A DNA stretch of 64,000 nucleotides. Source: Octopus sinensis (lineage: Eukaryota). Within the stretch, counting starts at the first letter, position 1; the number at the start of each line of letters is the position of its first letter. The stretch covers positions 3,844,001-3,908,000 of the forward strand of contig NC_043026.1 in assembly GCF_006345805.1 (NCBI RefSeq), written 5' to 3'. This document shows positions 11,556 through 24,395 of this stretch, in pieces. Both the position numbers and the translations under genes were made by a program. The notes under the pieces are model-generated. The model had not been told where the DNA came from, did not search any database, and saw nothing but the letters and a program-made list of their open reading frames with translations.

Positions 11556-12552
11556 TAGTATTTCAATTTTCTTCATATATGAATTATTTTGGAAATTATA
11601 ATAAATTTTTCGTAAAGTCCCAAATGGGGATTGCTGAAAAAAAAAAGCATATTCCTCCTTTTCTATTCAATTGCAATAATAAACATTTAAGTCTTTTTGA
11701 AACTATAATATCAAATGCAAATGTGCATGAAATATCAATGAATAATAAAGATGGGAAATGCAAAAAAATAATAAATAATAAGTTTTCAAAACAGCCAATA
11801 TTTTTGTAGTTCAAAAATTGTGATTTGTGACATAGAATGTCTTCTAGAATTAGCGAGAGTTAATATCCAATCTACAGTGGAGAAGGCTAGCCACTGAATT
11901 TGGTTAAAAAGAGACGATGAGCGATGGCTAGAAGGATATTGAGCTTTATCTGATAACCAGCTGATCTAGAAAGCGGGGCCTCATATTAGTGAGGGGGACC
12001 GGTGTGCATTGATGCCATCGAGAGGTAGGCCCCGAAACGGCGCGCATTCTCTCCTGATGACCCCGGTATACGGAGCTTTTGACTGGTAGCACTTGCACGT
12101 GCAAGTTTTTTGCAAGACATGATAAACTTTTACTAAATATTGTGGAGGTGCGTGGCTTAGTGGTTAGGGGGTCGGCATCATGATCGTAAGATTGTAGTTT
12201 CAATTCCAGGACCGGACGACGCGTTGTGTTCTTGAGCTAAACACTTCATGTTACGCTGCGATGGACTGACATCCCGTCCAGCTAGGGAACACATACGCCA
12301 TAGAAACCGGGAAACCGGGCCCATGAGCCTGGCTAGGCTTTAATTTTTATTTTACTAAATATTGTTAAACACATCTCTGCAAATGCAATTTTCATAAGCA
12401 ATTTACTTTAAATATGACAAACAACTGGCAGTGAGACTGTTTTTAGGGGATTCCCAAATGGGGTCTCGTGGTAGGCAATGGGTTAAGCCTTACTTTTGAC
12501 AGTAATCTGAATGTTTAAGGGTTTTACTTACCAACCTATTTTCTACTTCCAG

Positions 12553-12654
12553 CTAACAGGAACGCCACATGAAGCGCTGGCCAAGTTGATATTCATGGAG
12601 CTGAACGATGCCTGGGCCGAGTTTGAAGAGAAAGGAATGCAGTCGTTGTATTAG
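12553..12654 (+). CDS. GAK: GAK/auxilin terminal coding exon: [33 protein letters not shown]
   Basis: TTCTACTTCCAG acceptor, phase 0, IFMELNDAW motif of the auxilin J-domain helix, TAG stop at 12652-12654. Confidence 0.95.
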   Translation, partial: LTGTPHEALAKLIFMELNDAWAEFEEKGMQSLY

Positions 12655-14192
12655 GGTTTCCAAGAAGAAGAAGAAAAAAAAACAAGAAATTGAGATTCGA
12701 AACAAAAAAAGAAAAAAAAAAACTCTGATAAATTAAAAGAAATGGAACGAAGAAGAAAAAACAAATAGAAATTAAACAAACTTAATCAAATCCAATCTAA
12801 TTGATGTATTAATTGCTGAGATGAAACGAGAGAGAGAAAGAGAGAATCAGTGATATATAGAGAGAAAGGGACACAGAGGAATAATGAACGGACTAGTCGA
12901 TTGATGAAAGTACCATCGGTCAGTGTATAAAACTAACATTCCAACTGTCTCTGTGGACGTGGGTGGCCATGGCCGCTTGGCATGGCAGCCGAGAAGAGAC
13001 GATAACATTATTGTTACAAGTGATGCATTATACTATAACTACATACATACAAACATGCATACATATATACATACATGTGTACCCACACTTACACACACAC
13101 ACACATTTATATATATATATATCACGTGTTATGTACATACACACATGTATATACATGCACACATATTTATTACGTGTATATATATATATACACACACACA
13201 TGTACATACATATATATACACACACACACACACACACATGTACATACATATATACACACACACAGACATATATATACATTAGAAGGTTTGGAGATGATGT
13301 ACAGGTATTATATATTAGAAGAAATAAGGTACTCAGAAATCTGGATGGCTTTATATTTACAGATTTTTCTTAATATCACATGTTTTTATAAATCCCATAA
13401 TTAGCGCTTGCATCCACTCTAGTGGATTCTTCAGATTCTTCAATGTGACATAATAAAAAAAAATCTGTAAATATAAAACCATCCAGATTTCTGAATACCT
13501 TATTTCTTCTAACACACACACATATATATATACATACATGTACACAGAGCAAGCACACCAGAATGATCTCAGCCAAATTGCTGTTACAAACAGATCAAAA
13601 AATACACACACCCCCCAGACATATACATGCATGTGTCTTATATAACAAAGATATATGTATGTACTTTTTGTATGTATCTTTGAAATTAGCATGTGTGATC
13701 TCGAAGCCTCCTGTTTTTCTTCTATTCTATCGGTGTTAAGTCTCGCAGTTTGGTCTATTTGAGAAACTGAAGTGGTTTTGGTCAAATACTTTTTGGGGTT
13801 TTGTTCCCGTTGTAAATGCAGAGACCCTTTGTCAACCTCTATTACAGTAAATACAGTATGCATATATCAAATATATATATATATGTATGTATATATGCAG
13901 ACCTATAGATGAAATATTTTTTCCTTTATTTTTGGTAGGTTCTCAAAGACAGAGACTTTTGTCAATCTTATTCCTTGCAGTACATATTTGAACGTGTGTG
14001 CTATATATATATGTACACATGCACATACATACATTCACACACAAACATGCATGCATATATATATATCAAATTAAATACACAACTGAAAGAGCTACCGATA
14101 GTTTCATGCTATTATGATACTTGAGCAGATATATTTATAAAATACGGCATGTATTTTAAAGCAATCTTTCAGGCTCTGTTTATGTGTGTGTA

Positions 14193-14223
<31 letters not shown>

Positions 14224-14339
14224 CAAATTAAATACACAACTGAAAGAGCTACCGATAGTTTCATGCTATTATGATACTTGAGCAGATATATTTATAAAAT
14301 ACGGCATGTATTTTAAAGCAATCTTTCAGGCTCTGTTTA

Positions 14340-14381
<42 letters not shown>

Positions 14382-14596
14382 TGTTTCTTTTGCATGTGTG
14401 TGTGTGTGCGTGCGTATGTACATGTATGTAAATGTGTGTGTATGTGTGCATATCTGTATGTATGTGTGCATCTATGTATTTATGTTACCCATTGTTGCTG
14501 TAAATATTGTTAAAGGAAGATGGAAAGCGTTAAAATTAAAAATTAAAAAAAAAAAGTTTGAAGTAAAAGATAACGAAAATACAAAAAATCAAAGTA

Positions 14597-14635
14597 AATA
14601 AAGAATTAACGACCAGCAAACGATAACTAAATAAA
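14597..14635 (+). promoter_or_regulatory. Candidate GAK polyadenylation signals (AATAAA at 14597 and 14630)
   Basis: Two AATAAA hexamers in an A-rich non-TE tract ~2 kb after the stop. ATTAAA variants also occur near 12734, so the true 3' end is uncertain. Confidence 0.3.
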
Positions 14636-16737
14636 GAAGGAAAATTAAAAGCTGTGTAAACTTGGTTAATTAAAAGATAATTGCTGTTAATAATTTGGTG
14701 TTCAACTTGTTAATTTTTTTTTTTCTTGTTTTGTTACCTGAATCTTCTCCTCCCCACCACTTTCTGGCATCTTTGTTATGGCCCCTAGGGGTTAAGGCAT
14801 AGCTGTTGTTTAGCCCTTGGATCAGTGCTGGTGATGCTGACCCCATGATCATGAATGTTTTAGATATTGCCAAACTGTTTTTTTTTTATTTTCTTATTAC
14901 TATTATCATCATGGCCAGCCTCGCCTGGCACCTGTGCAGGTGGCACATAAAAACTACACTCACGGAATGGTTGGCGTTAGGAAGGGCATCCAGCTGTAGA
15001 AACACTGCCAGATCAGACTGGGCCTGGGGCAGCCTTCTGGCTTCCCAGACCTCAGTTGAACCCTCCAACCCATGCTAGCATGGAAAACGGATGTTAAACG
15101 ATGATGATGATGATATAAGCGTAGGAGTGTGATACATAGCTTGCTTACCAACCACAGGGTTCCAGGTTCCTATAAAGAGATTTCCCACATCTCTCTGTGT
15201 GTATATATATTATATTGTGTGAAATTTGATTTAGTATTTCTAAATTGGATTTTTTTCCCTGTAAGTTTGGATTTATATACCCTCAAATAATTATATATAT
15301 TTATATGTAAGTATGGCTGTGTGATAAGAAACTTGCGACACTGAGAATGAACGAATGGATCTGGGTTCAATCTCATCGTGTGGTGATTTAAGTGTCTCCT
15401 ATAGCCAACAAAGCTTTGTGAGTGGATTTAGTAAATGGAGACAAAGAAACTCGTTATATATATATAAGGTGGTCTGGCTGTGTGGTAAGCAGCTTGCTTT
15501 CCAACCACATGGTTCCAGGTTCAGTCCCCACTGTGTGGCACCTTGGGCAAGTGCCTTCTATAGCCTCAGGCCGACCATAGCCTTATGGGTGGATTTGGTA
15601 GAGGAAAACTGAAAGAAGCCTGTCACATATATATATGTTTGTGTGTCTGTGTTTGTCCCCCCAACATCGCTTGACAACTGATGCTGGTGTGCTTATGTCT
15701 CTGTAGCTTAGTAGTTCAGCAAAAGAGACCGATAGGATAAATACTAGACTTACAAAGAATAAGTCCTGGGGTCGATTCGTTCAACTAAAGTCGGTGCTCC
15801 AGCATGGCCGCAGTCAAATGACCGAAACATATTAAAGAATACGTGAAACTATTCGATATGTATTGTGGTCCTTAAACAGAAACATATAAGACTCTTACCA
15901 GATGGAGTGCTCTCTTCGTTAAATTATACACAAATCAATATCATCATCTTGTACCTCTATCTCTCTCTCTCTCTCCCTTGTTCTTCCCTCTGGTTGGGTA
16001 GCCAGGTATCTCCCCCACAGCAGCACACCTGTATCTCTGCCTGTTATGTTTTAATACAGAATTATTAATTTGGATTATATTACTCGAATGCAAGCCAATA
16101 ATGGAGTTAATACGTGAGCAAATACAACGCAATATATACTCAAAAATGCACGCTGATTAAAAAAAAAATAAGCCAAACCTAAAGATCCAGGTGCAAAAAG
16201 GTGTGGATAAGGTATTAACCCTCTTACAATTTTACAATTGTTCCAATTTAACACACATAATGAGGTGATGAAACCTGTAAAGGGAACTGGTTGCCTCTTT
16301 ACACTTTTGGGGTGCATCTTGGGTGCAACACAATTTCCTTTCTTTTTGTTTCTAGAAACTACCAGTCAGGAATGAAACGCAAGTTTAAAAATATATATGG
16401 CATATTGGGCAAGTGTTTTCTGCTATAACCCCGGGCCGACCAATGCCTTGTGAGTGGATTTGGTAGATGGAAACTGAAAGAAGCCTGTCGTATATATGTA
16501 TATATGTGTGTCTGTGTTTTTTTTGTGTGTCTGTGTTTGTCCCCCTAGCATTGCTTGACAACCGATGCTGGTGTGTTTACGTCCCCATCACCTAGCGGTT
16601 CGGCAAAAGAGACCGATAGAATAAGTACTGGGCTTACAAAGAATAAGTCCCGGGGTCGAGTTGCTTGACTAAAGGCGGTGCCCCAGCATGGCCGCAGTCA
16701 AATGACTGAAACAAGTAAAAGATAAAAGATAAAAGAT

Positions 16738-17063
16738 GTGCATGGGGGAACTTCCTTATGCCGTTCCAGAAGGTTCCAACCCGGCACACGCACACTGAAG
16801 GACGTTCCGCACACACACACACACTGAAGAATGACATTGCGTGTGCGCACACTGGAATTTGACGTCACTACAAACCTATTACACAAACGAGTCTTCATCC
16901 CCAATCAACTAGCCACTTATGAAACAAACCAATATGCAAATTAGAAGGCAAGTCAAAAGTTCACTTTAAAAGGACACGAGGTGAACGCACAAAATAAAGC
17001 GGAGTCACCAAAGTTAGTTCAATACTTAGTCAGAACGTAGAATTAAGTGAGAGCAACATAACA
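16738..17063 (-). mobile_element. Putative 3' LTR fragment of a Ty3/gypsy element (duplicate ends at 18415)
   Basis: On the minus strand the purine tract GGGGAGG is directly followed by TGTTATGTTG (PPT + TG start), just downstream of the pol C-terminus. Confidence 0.6.
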
Positions 17064-17096
17064 CCTCCCCAACAAGTATGGAATGGAAAACGTAAA

Positions 17097-17262
17097 TTAC
17101 ACAGGATCACAACAAAATTGAGCACAAATAAATAAGGATTGTGACACATAATGGTCCGGAGGTTTTCTTCGTCTTGTTGATCTTCTTGGATGTTGATGAC
17201 TGCATTCTGGAGTTGAGTTATTGTCGCTAGGTGGTAATGATGAGTTAACAGGTTCTTCTTTT
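17097..17262 (-). pseudogene. Ty3/gypsy pol extreme C-terminus (..HPRRSTRRRKPPDHY..); duplicates at ~18447-18612 and ~20310-20400
   Basis: RRSTRxRKPPDxY is a typical end of K02A2.6-like gypsy polyproteins. Confidence 0.6.
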
Positions 17263-17640
17263 ATATATATATATATAATATTAGGGAATAAATCCAAACT
17301 TACAGGGAAAAATCACATTTAGGATTGAATCCAATTTTATAGTAAAATATTACATTATATTAAATTAGAGATAAAACCACTATTGGGCAAATCATACAAT
17401 GAAAAACTTAAGTTCATTGATTAAACCTCGCCAAGTTAAATATTTAAACCACCTGATGAATGACTGTAACTCGAAAATTTAAAGAAATTAACAGCCATGA
17501 AACGATCGTAGTGTGATATTAATTATATTTTTTTAATAATTTTGTTATATATTTAAATAATATAAATTAAATAATCTTATGTATTGGCTTAAGTTTTTCA
17601 TTGTATGATTTGCCTAATAGTGGTTTTATCTCTAATTTAA

Positions 17641-17701
<61 letters not shown>

Positions 17702-19004
17702 CGCAGGAGTGGCTGTGTGGTAAGAAGCTTGCTAACCAACCATCTTGTTCCGGGTCCAATCCCACTGCGTGGCATCTTGGGCAAGTGTCTTCTGCTATAG
17801 CCCTGGGCCGACCAATGCCTTGTGAGTGGATTTGGTAGACGGAAACTGAAAGAAGCCCGTCGTATATATGTATATATATATGTATGTGTGTTTGTGTTTG
17901 TCCCCCTAGCATTGCTTGACAACCGATGCTGGTGTGTTTACGTCCCCATCACCTAGCGGTTGGCAAAAGAGACCGATAGAATAAGTACTGGGCTTACAAA
18001 GAATAAGTCCCGGGGTCGAGTTGCTCGACTAAAGGCGGTGCCCCAGCATGGCCGCAGTCAAATGACTGAAACAAGTAAAAGATAAAAGATGTGCATGGGG
18101 GAACTTCCTTATGCCGTTCCAGAAGGTTCCAACCCGGCACACGCACACTGAAGGACGTTCCGCACACACACACACACTGAAGAATGACATTGCGTGTGCG
18201 CACACTGGAATTTGACGTCACTACAAACCTATTACACAAACGAGTCTTCATCCCCAATCAACTAGCCACTTATGAAACAAACCAATATGCAAATTAGAAG
18301 GCAAGTCAAAAGTTCACTTTAAAAGGACACGAGGTGAACGCACAAAATAAAGCGGAGTCACCAAGTTAGTTCAATACTTAGTCAGAACGTAGAATTAAGT
18401 GAGAGCAACATAACACCTCCCCAACAAGTATGGAATGGAAAACGTAAATTACACAGAATCACAACAAAATTGAGCACAAATAAATAAGGATTGTGACACA
18501 TAATGGTCCGGAGGTTTTCTTCGTCTTGTTGATCTTCTTGGATGTTGATGACTGCATTCTGGAGTTGAGTTATTGTCGCTAGGTGTAATGATGAGTTAAC
18601 AGGTTCTTCTTTTATATATATATATATATATAATATTAGGGAATAAATCCAAACTTACAGGGAAAAATCACATTTAGGATTGAATCCAATTTTATAGTAA
18701 AATATTACATTATATTAAATTAGAGATAAAACCACTATTGGGCAAATCATACAATGAAAAACTTAAGTTCATTGATTAAACCTCGCCAAGTTAAATATTT
18801 AAACCACCTGATGAATGACTGTAACTCGAAAATTTAAAGAAATTAACAGCCATGAAACGATCGTAGTGTGATATTAATTATATTTTTTTAATAATTTTGT
18901 TATATATTTAAATAATATAAATTAAATAATCTTATGTATTGGCTTAAGTTTTTCATTGTATGATTTGCCTAATAGTGGTTTTATCTCTAATTTAATTTAA
19001 TTTA

Positions 19005-19053
<49 letters not shown>

Positions 19054-19061
19054 TATATATA

Positions 19062-19626
19062 TAGGCGCAGGAGTGGCTGTGTGGTAAGAAGCTTGCTAAC
19101 CAACCACATGGTTCCGGGTCCAATCCCACTGCGTGGCATCTTGGGCAAGTGTCTTCTGCTATAGCCCTGGGCCGACCAATGCCTTGTGAGTGGATTTGGT
19201 AGACGGAAACTGAAAGAAGCCCGTCGTATATATGTATATATATATGTATGTGTGTTTGTGTTTGTCCCCCTAGCATTGCTTGACAACCGATGCTGGTGTG
19301 TTTATGTCCCCGTTACTTAGCGGTTCGGCAAAAGAGACCGATAGAATAAGTACTGGGCTTACAAAGAATAAGTCCCGGGTTCGAGTTGCTCGATTAAAGG
19401 CGGTGCTCCAGCATGGCCGCAGTCAAATGACTGAAACAAGTAAAAGAGTAAAGAGTATAAGGTGGTCTGGCTGTGTGGTAAGTAGCTTGCTTACCAACCA
19501 CATGGTTCCGGGTTCAGTCCCACTGCGTGGCATCTTGGGCAAGTGTCTTCTATAGCCTCGGGCCGACCATAGCCTTATGAGTTGATTTTGTAGAGGGAAA
19601 CTGAAAGAAACCTGTCGCATATATAT

Positions 19627-19674
<48 letters not shown>

Positions 19675-20409
19675 TATGTGACCTGAGGTCCTGAATTATG
19701 GAGAGAAGGCGTATCTCCCGGTTCTTGGTCATCTTCCGAAGAATATCAAGGTTGCAATTGTTGTAGATGACGTCTCCAAATGGGACCTCTACGTACAACT
19801 TGAACATGAAACGTTCGTGTTCCTTGTTCCTTCACAACTCTAGCTGGAACCCAACGTGCATCTTGGTTTCTCCTTGGTCCAAAATACAGAGCATAGCATG
19901 GATCACCGACTTGAAATTGATTGGAGGTTTTAAGTACATCTCTCTCGGTTGTCCTTTTCAATTTGGATTGGACCAAAGGAACTGGAAATGGAAGCAAGAC
20001 ATCAATATTGGTGCGTAATTGATGGCTGTTGAGTAATTCACTTGGTGAGTAGCCAATTGTGGCTAGTTGATTGGGGATGAAGACTCATTTGTATAATAGG
20101 TTTATCACCTCATTCATCATCATCATTTAACGTCTGTTTTCCATGCTAGCATGGGTTGGACGGTTCGACCGGGGTCTGCTAAGCCATGGAGACTGCACCA
20201 GGCTCTAGTCTGATTTGACACTGTTTCTACAGCTGGATGCCCTTCCTAACACCAACAACTCCGAGAGTGTAGTGGGTGCTTTTTATGTGCCAGTCAGGCG
20301 GTACTGGCCTTCCAGGTTTTCTTCGTCTTGTTGATGACTGCATTCTGGAGTTGAGTTATTGTCGCTAGGTGGTAACGATGAGCTAACAGGTTCTTCTTTT
20401 TTATATATA

Positions 20410-20457
<48 letters not shown>

Positions 20458-21062
20458 TATATATATCATCATCATCATATAGGCGCAGGAGTGGCTGTGT
20501 GGTATGTAGCTTGCTTACCAACCACATGGTTCCGTGTTCAGTCCTACTGCGTGGCACTTTGGGCATATGTCTTCTGCTATAGCCTCGGGCTGACCAAAGC
20601 CTTGTGAGTGGATTTGATAGATGGAAACTGAAAGAAGCCCGTCATATATACGTATCTATATGTATGTGCGTGTATGTTTGTGTGTCTGTGTTTGTTGCTC
20701 TAGCATTGCTTGACAACCGATGCTGGTGTGTTTATGTCCCAGTTACTTAGCGGTTCAGCAAAAGAGACCGATAGAATAAGTACTGGGCTTACAAAGAATA
20801 AGTCCCGGGTTCGAGTTGCTCGATTAAAGGTGGTGCTCCAGCATGGCTGCAGTCAAATGACTGAAACAAGTAAAAAAGTAAAGAGTATAAGGTGGTCTGG
20901 CTGTGTGGTAAGTAGCTTGCTTACCAACCACATGGTTCCGGGTTCAGTCCCACTGTGTGGCATCTTGGGCAAGTGTCTTCTGCAATAACCCCGGGCCGAC
21001 CAATGCCTTGTGAGTGGATTTGGTAGAGGGAAACTGAAAGAAACCTGTTGCATATATATATA

Positions 21063-21093
<31 letters not shown>

Positions 21094-21545
21094 CATACAT
21101 ATATGTGACCTGAGGTCCTGAATCATGGAGAGAAGGTGTATCTCCTGGCTCTTGGTCATCTTCCGAAGAATATCAAGGTTGCAGTTGTTCTAGATGACGT
21201 CTCCAAATGGGACCTCTACGTACAACTTGAACATGAAACGTTCGTGTTCCTTGTTCCTTCACAACTCTAGCTGGAACCCAACGTGCATCTTGGTTTCTCT
21301 CCTTGGTCCAAAATACAGAGCATAGCATGGATCACCGACTTGAAATCGATTGGAGGTTCTAAGTACATCTCTCTCGGTTGTCCTTTTCAATTTGGATTGG
21401 ACCAAAGGAACTGGAAATGGAAGCAAGACATCAATATTGGTGCGTAATTGATGACTGTTGAGTAATTCATTTGGTGAGTAGCCAATTGTGGCTAGTTGAT
21501 TGGGGATGAAGACTCATTTGTATAATAGGTTTATCACCTCATTCA
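19062..21545. repeat. Second tandem duplication, ~1.42-kb period (two SINE pieces + gypsy segment)
   Basis: 19062-~20110 is repeated at 20480-~21545. Confidence 0.85.
19676..20052 (-). pseudogene. Ty3/gypsy post-integrase segment (GYSPSELLN...FQVGDPCYALYFGPRRNQDARWVPARVVKEQGTRTFHV..WRRH..QL); duplicate at ~21107-21482
   Basis: Translation of ORF 19746-19997 plus upstream codons matches the K02A2.6-like C-terminal domain pattern. Confidence 0.8.
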
Positions 21546-23190
21546 TCATCATCATTTAACGTCCGTTTTCCATGCTAGCATGGGTTGGACGGTTCGACTG
21601 GGGTCTGCTAAGCCATGGAGGCTGCACCAGGCTCCAGTCTGATCTGGCAGTGTTTCTACAGCTGGATGCCCTTCCTAATGCCTTCATTATTTAACGTCCG
21701 TTTTCCATGCTAGCATGGGTTGGAAGGTTCGACTGGGGTCTGGGAAGCCATGGAGGCTGCACCAGGCTCCAGTCTGATCTGGCAGTGTTTCTACAGCTTG
21801 ATGCCCTTCCTAACGCCTTCATCATCGTTTAACGTCCGTTTTCCATGCTAGCATGGGTTGGACGGTTCGACTGGGGTCTGCTAAGCCATGGAGGCTGCAC
21901 CAGGCTCCATTCTGATCTGGCAGTGTTTCTACAGCTGGATGCCCTTCCTAATGCCTTCATCATCGTTTAACGTCCGTTTTCCATGCTAGCATGGGTTAGA
22001 CAGTTCGACTGGGGTCTGCTAAGCCATGGAGGCTGCACCAGGCTCTAGTCTGATTTGACAGTGTTTCTACAGCTGGATGCCCTTCCTAACGCCTTCATCA
22101 TCGTTTAACGTCCGTTTTCCATGCTAGCATGGGTTGGACAGTTCGACTGGGGTCTGCTAAGCCATGGAGGCTGCACCAGGCTCTAGTCTGATTTGACAGT
22201 GTTTCTACAGCTTGATGCCCTTCCTAACGCCTTCATCATCGTTTAACGTCCGTTTTCCATGCTAGCATGGGTTGGACGGTTCGACTGGGGTCTGCTAAGC
22301 CATGGAGGCTGCACCAGGCTCCATTCTGATCTGGCAGTGTTTCTACAGCTGGATGCCTTCCTAATGCCTTCATCATCGTTAACGTCCGTTTTCCATGCTA
22401 GCATGGGTTAGACAGTTCAACTGGGGTCTGCTAAGCCATGGAGGCTGCACCAGGCTCTAGTCTGATTTGACAGTGTTCTACAGCTGGATGCCCTTCCTAC
22501 GCCTTCATCATCGTTAACGTCCGTTTTCCATGCTAGCATGGGTTGGACAGTTCGACTGGGGTCTGCTAAGCCATGGAGGCTGCACCAGGCTCTAGTCTGA
22601 TTTGACAGTGTTTCTACAGCTGGATGCCCTTCCTAACGCCTTCATCATCAGTTAACGACCGTTTTCCATGCTAGCATGGGTTGGACAGTTCGACTGGGGT
22701 CTGCTAAGCCATGGAGGCTGCACCAGGCTCCAGTCTGATTTGACAGTGTTTCTACAGCTGGATGCCCTTCCTAACGCCTTCATCATCAGTTAACGTCCGT
22801 TTTCCATGCTAGCATGGGTTGGACAGTTCGACTGGGGTCTGCTAAGCCATGGAGGCTGCACCAGGCTCTAGTCTGATTTGACAGTGTTTCTACAGCTGGA
22901 TGCCCTTCCTAACGCCTTCATCATCGTTTAACGTCCGTTTTCCATGCTAGCATGGGTTGGAAGGTTCGACTGGGGTCTGCTAAGCTATGGAGGCTGCACC
23001 AGGCTCCAGTCTGATCTGGCAGTGTTTCTACAGCTGGATGCCCTTCCTAACGCCTTCATCATCGTTTAACGTCCGTTTTCCATGCTAGCATGGGTTGGAC
23101 GGTTCGACCGGGGTCTGCTAAGCCATGGAGGCTGCACCAGGCTCTAGTCTGATTTGACAGTGTTTCTACAGCTGGATGCCCTTCCTAATG
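21545..23190 (-). repeat. ~138-bp tandem array, ~12 copies, of a retroposon 3' tail ending in (GAT)n
   Basis: Unit CATCATCGTTTAACGTCCG...GGATGCCCTTCCTAACGCCTT. The last copy continues into the dispersed element, also seen at ~10352, 14905, 20115, 36680, 42400, 63290. Confidence 0.93.
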
Positions 23191-23536
23191 CCAACCACTC
23201 CATGAGTGCAGTGGGTGTTTTTTACATGCCACCAGCACAGGAGCCAGAGCAGGCTGGCAAACAGCCATGATTGGTTGGCGCTTGTACGTGTCACCGATAC
23301 GGATGCCAGTCAGGCGGCGCCAGCATCTGCCACATTCGGACGGTACGTTTTACATGTCGTAATGAACTTTTTAGTCCACAAATTTAAAAAAGAACAATGT
23401 ATTAGAAAAGCAAAAGTCGGCGGGCGCTTTTTATCTTCTCCCATCCTTATCATCCTTGTATCATTATCATTCACCTCATTAATGTCCGTGTCCAGCCCGC
23501 AAGCTACCCTACTCTATGTACTGCCTTTATGGCAAA

Positions 23537-23943
23537 CTAGCAGCATCGCCCGGCATTTCTCGGGTTTGTTTCAACCCTTGGAATTTTTGAAAAGAATTGG
23601 AAATTTTGAAAAGTAAAAATTTTGCATTATGTAGCTTGTTATTCTCTTTAAGTGAACATTTTTCTGGTTGAAATACACGAAAAATGGCGACACAGCAGTA
23701 AAAAAATCGTAAAAAATTAGGGCTTTTCATAGAAAAAAAAGCACCTTTTTGATGTAAATAATTTTTGGCGTTAGCATGGTCCGATTTGAATTCTTTCTTC
23801 TACGGAAGGAAGAGCAAGCCTTCTTCTATCATACTCTCAATTTTGGTCAACTTGCGCCGCAGGGTCTCGGAGGACATAGTGTTAGTTGAAGGCTACCAAA
23901 CCTGCCATACACAGACAACTTCAGCTTTATATATAGAGAGAGA
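23537..23943 (-). mobile_element. Non-autonomous Helitron-like element
   Basis: Minus strand: TCTCTCTCTATATATAAAG start, CCCGAGAAATGCCGGG hairpin, CTAG|T end. Confidence 0.75.
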
Positions 23944-23956
23944 TTTGATAGAATAG

Positions 23957-24395
23957 AGGAGCCATTAGTGGTAGGTGTTCTCCTGAATTGCATCAAGAAT
24001 TCCAGCGAAGCTTCTTTAGGTGTTTTGGAAGACTTTCGTAACGCTTCCTTGAAAGTTGGAATCAAGCGCTCAACAGCTCATATTCGTTGAAAGGTGATAG
24101 GGAGCTCCTGTTAGATGAACAATGCCTCTCTCCTTACAGTAGTTTTGAAATTCTTCGGAAGTAAAGCAGGTGGCATTGTCGGACACAATGGTGTGTGGAT
24201 ATCCAAAGTGTGCAAAATCTTCCTCTAACAAATCCATTGTAGTCTTACTGGAAATTGAAGCAGTGGCATGGATCCAAGGGTATTTAGTGTAAGCATCAGT
24301 GACTACTAGTGACTACTAACCAATTATGTCCCATGAAGTTGATGGCATGATCTACATGCGGAGGAGACCAAGGCTTTTTGAGGCATTATCCATGG
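23957..24395 (-). pseudogene. Ty3/gypsy integrase catalytic core (rve), frameshifted
   Basis: Minus-strand frames give HVDHAINFMGHNW..VVTDAYTKYPWIH...FAHFGYPHTIVSDNATCFTSEEFQNYCKERGIVHLTGAPYH...FKEALRK...FRRTP. Confidence 0.85.

Larger units (their letters stand above)
16407..19060. repeat. Tandem segmental duplication, ~1.35-kb unit x2 (SINE + LTR + pol end + AT-rich element)
   Basis: 16407-~17700 and ~17730-19060 are near-identical block for block. Confidence 0.9.

Noticed and set aside
12020-12085. GAAAC...CTGATGA-hairpin as a hammerhead
   Set aside because: Stems cannot be closed in any of the three topologies and no GAAA follows the hairpin.
17446-17486. CTGATGA...GAAAATT as a second hammerhead family
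   Set aside because: No stem I complement after the putative cleavage site and a poor stem II; at best a decayed remnant.
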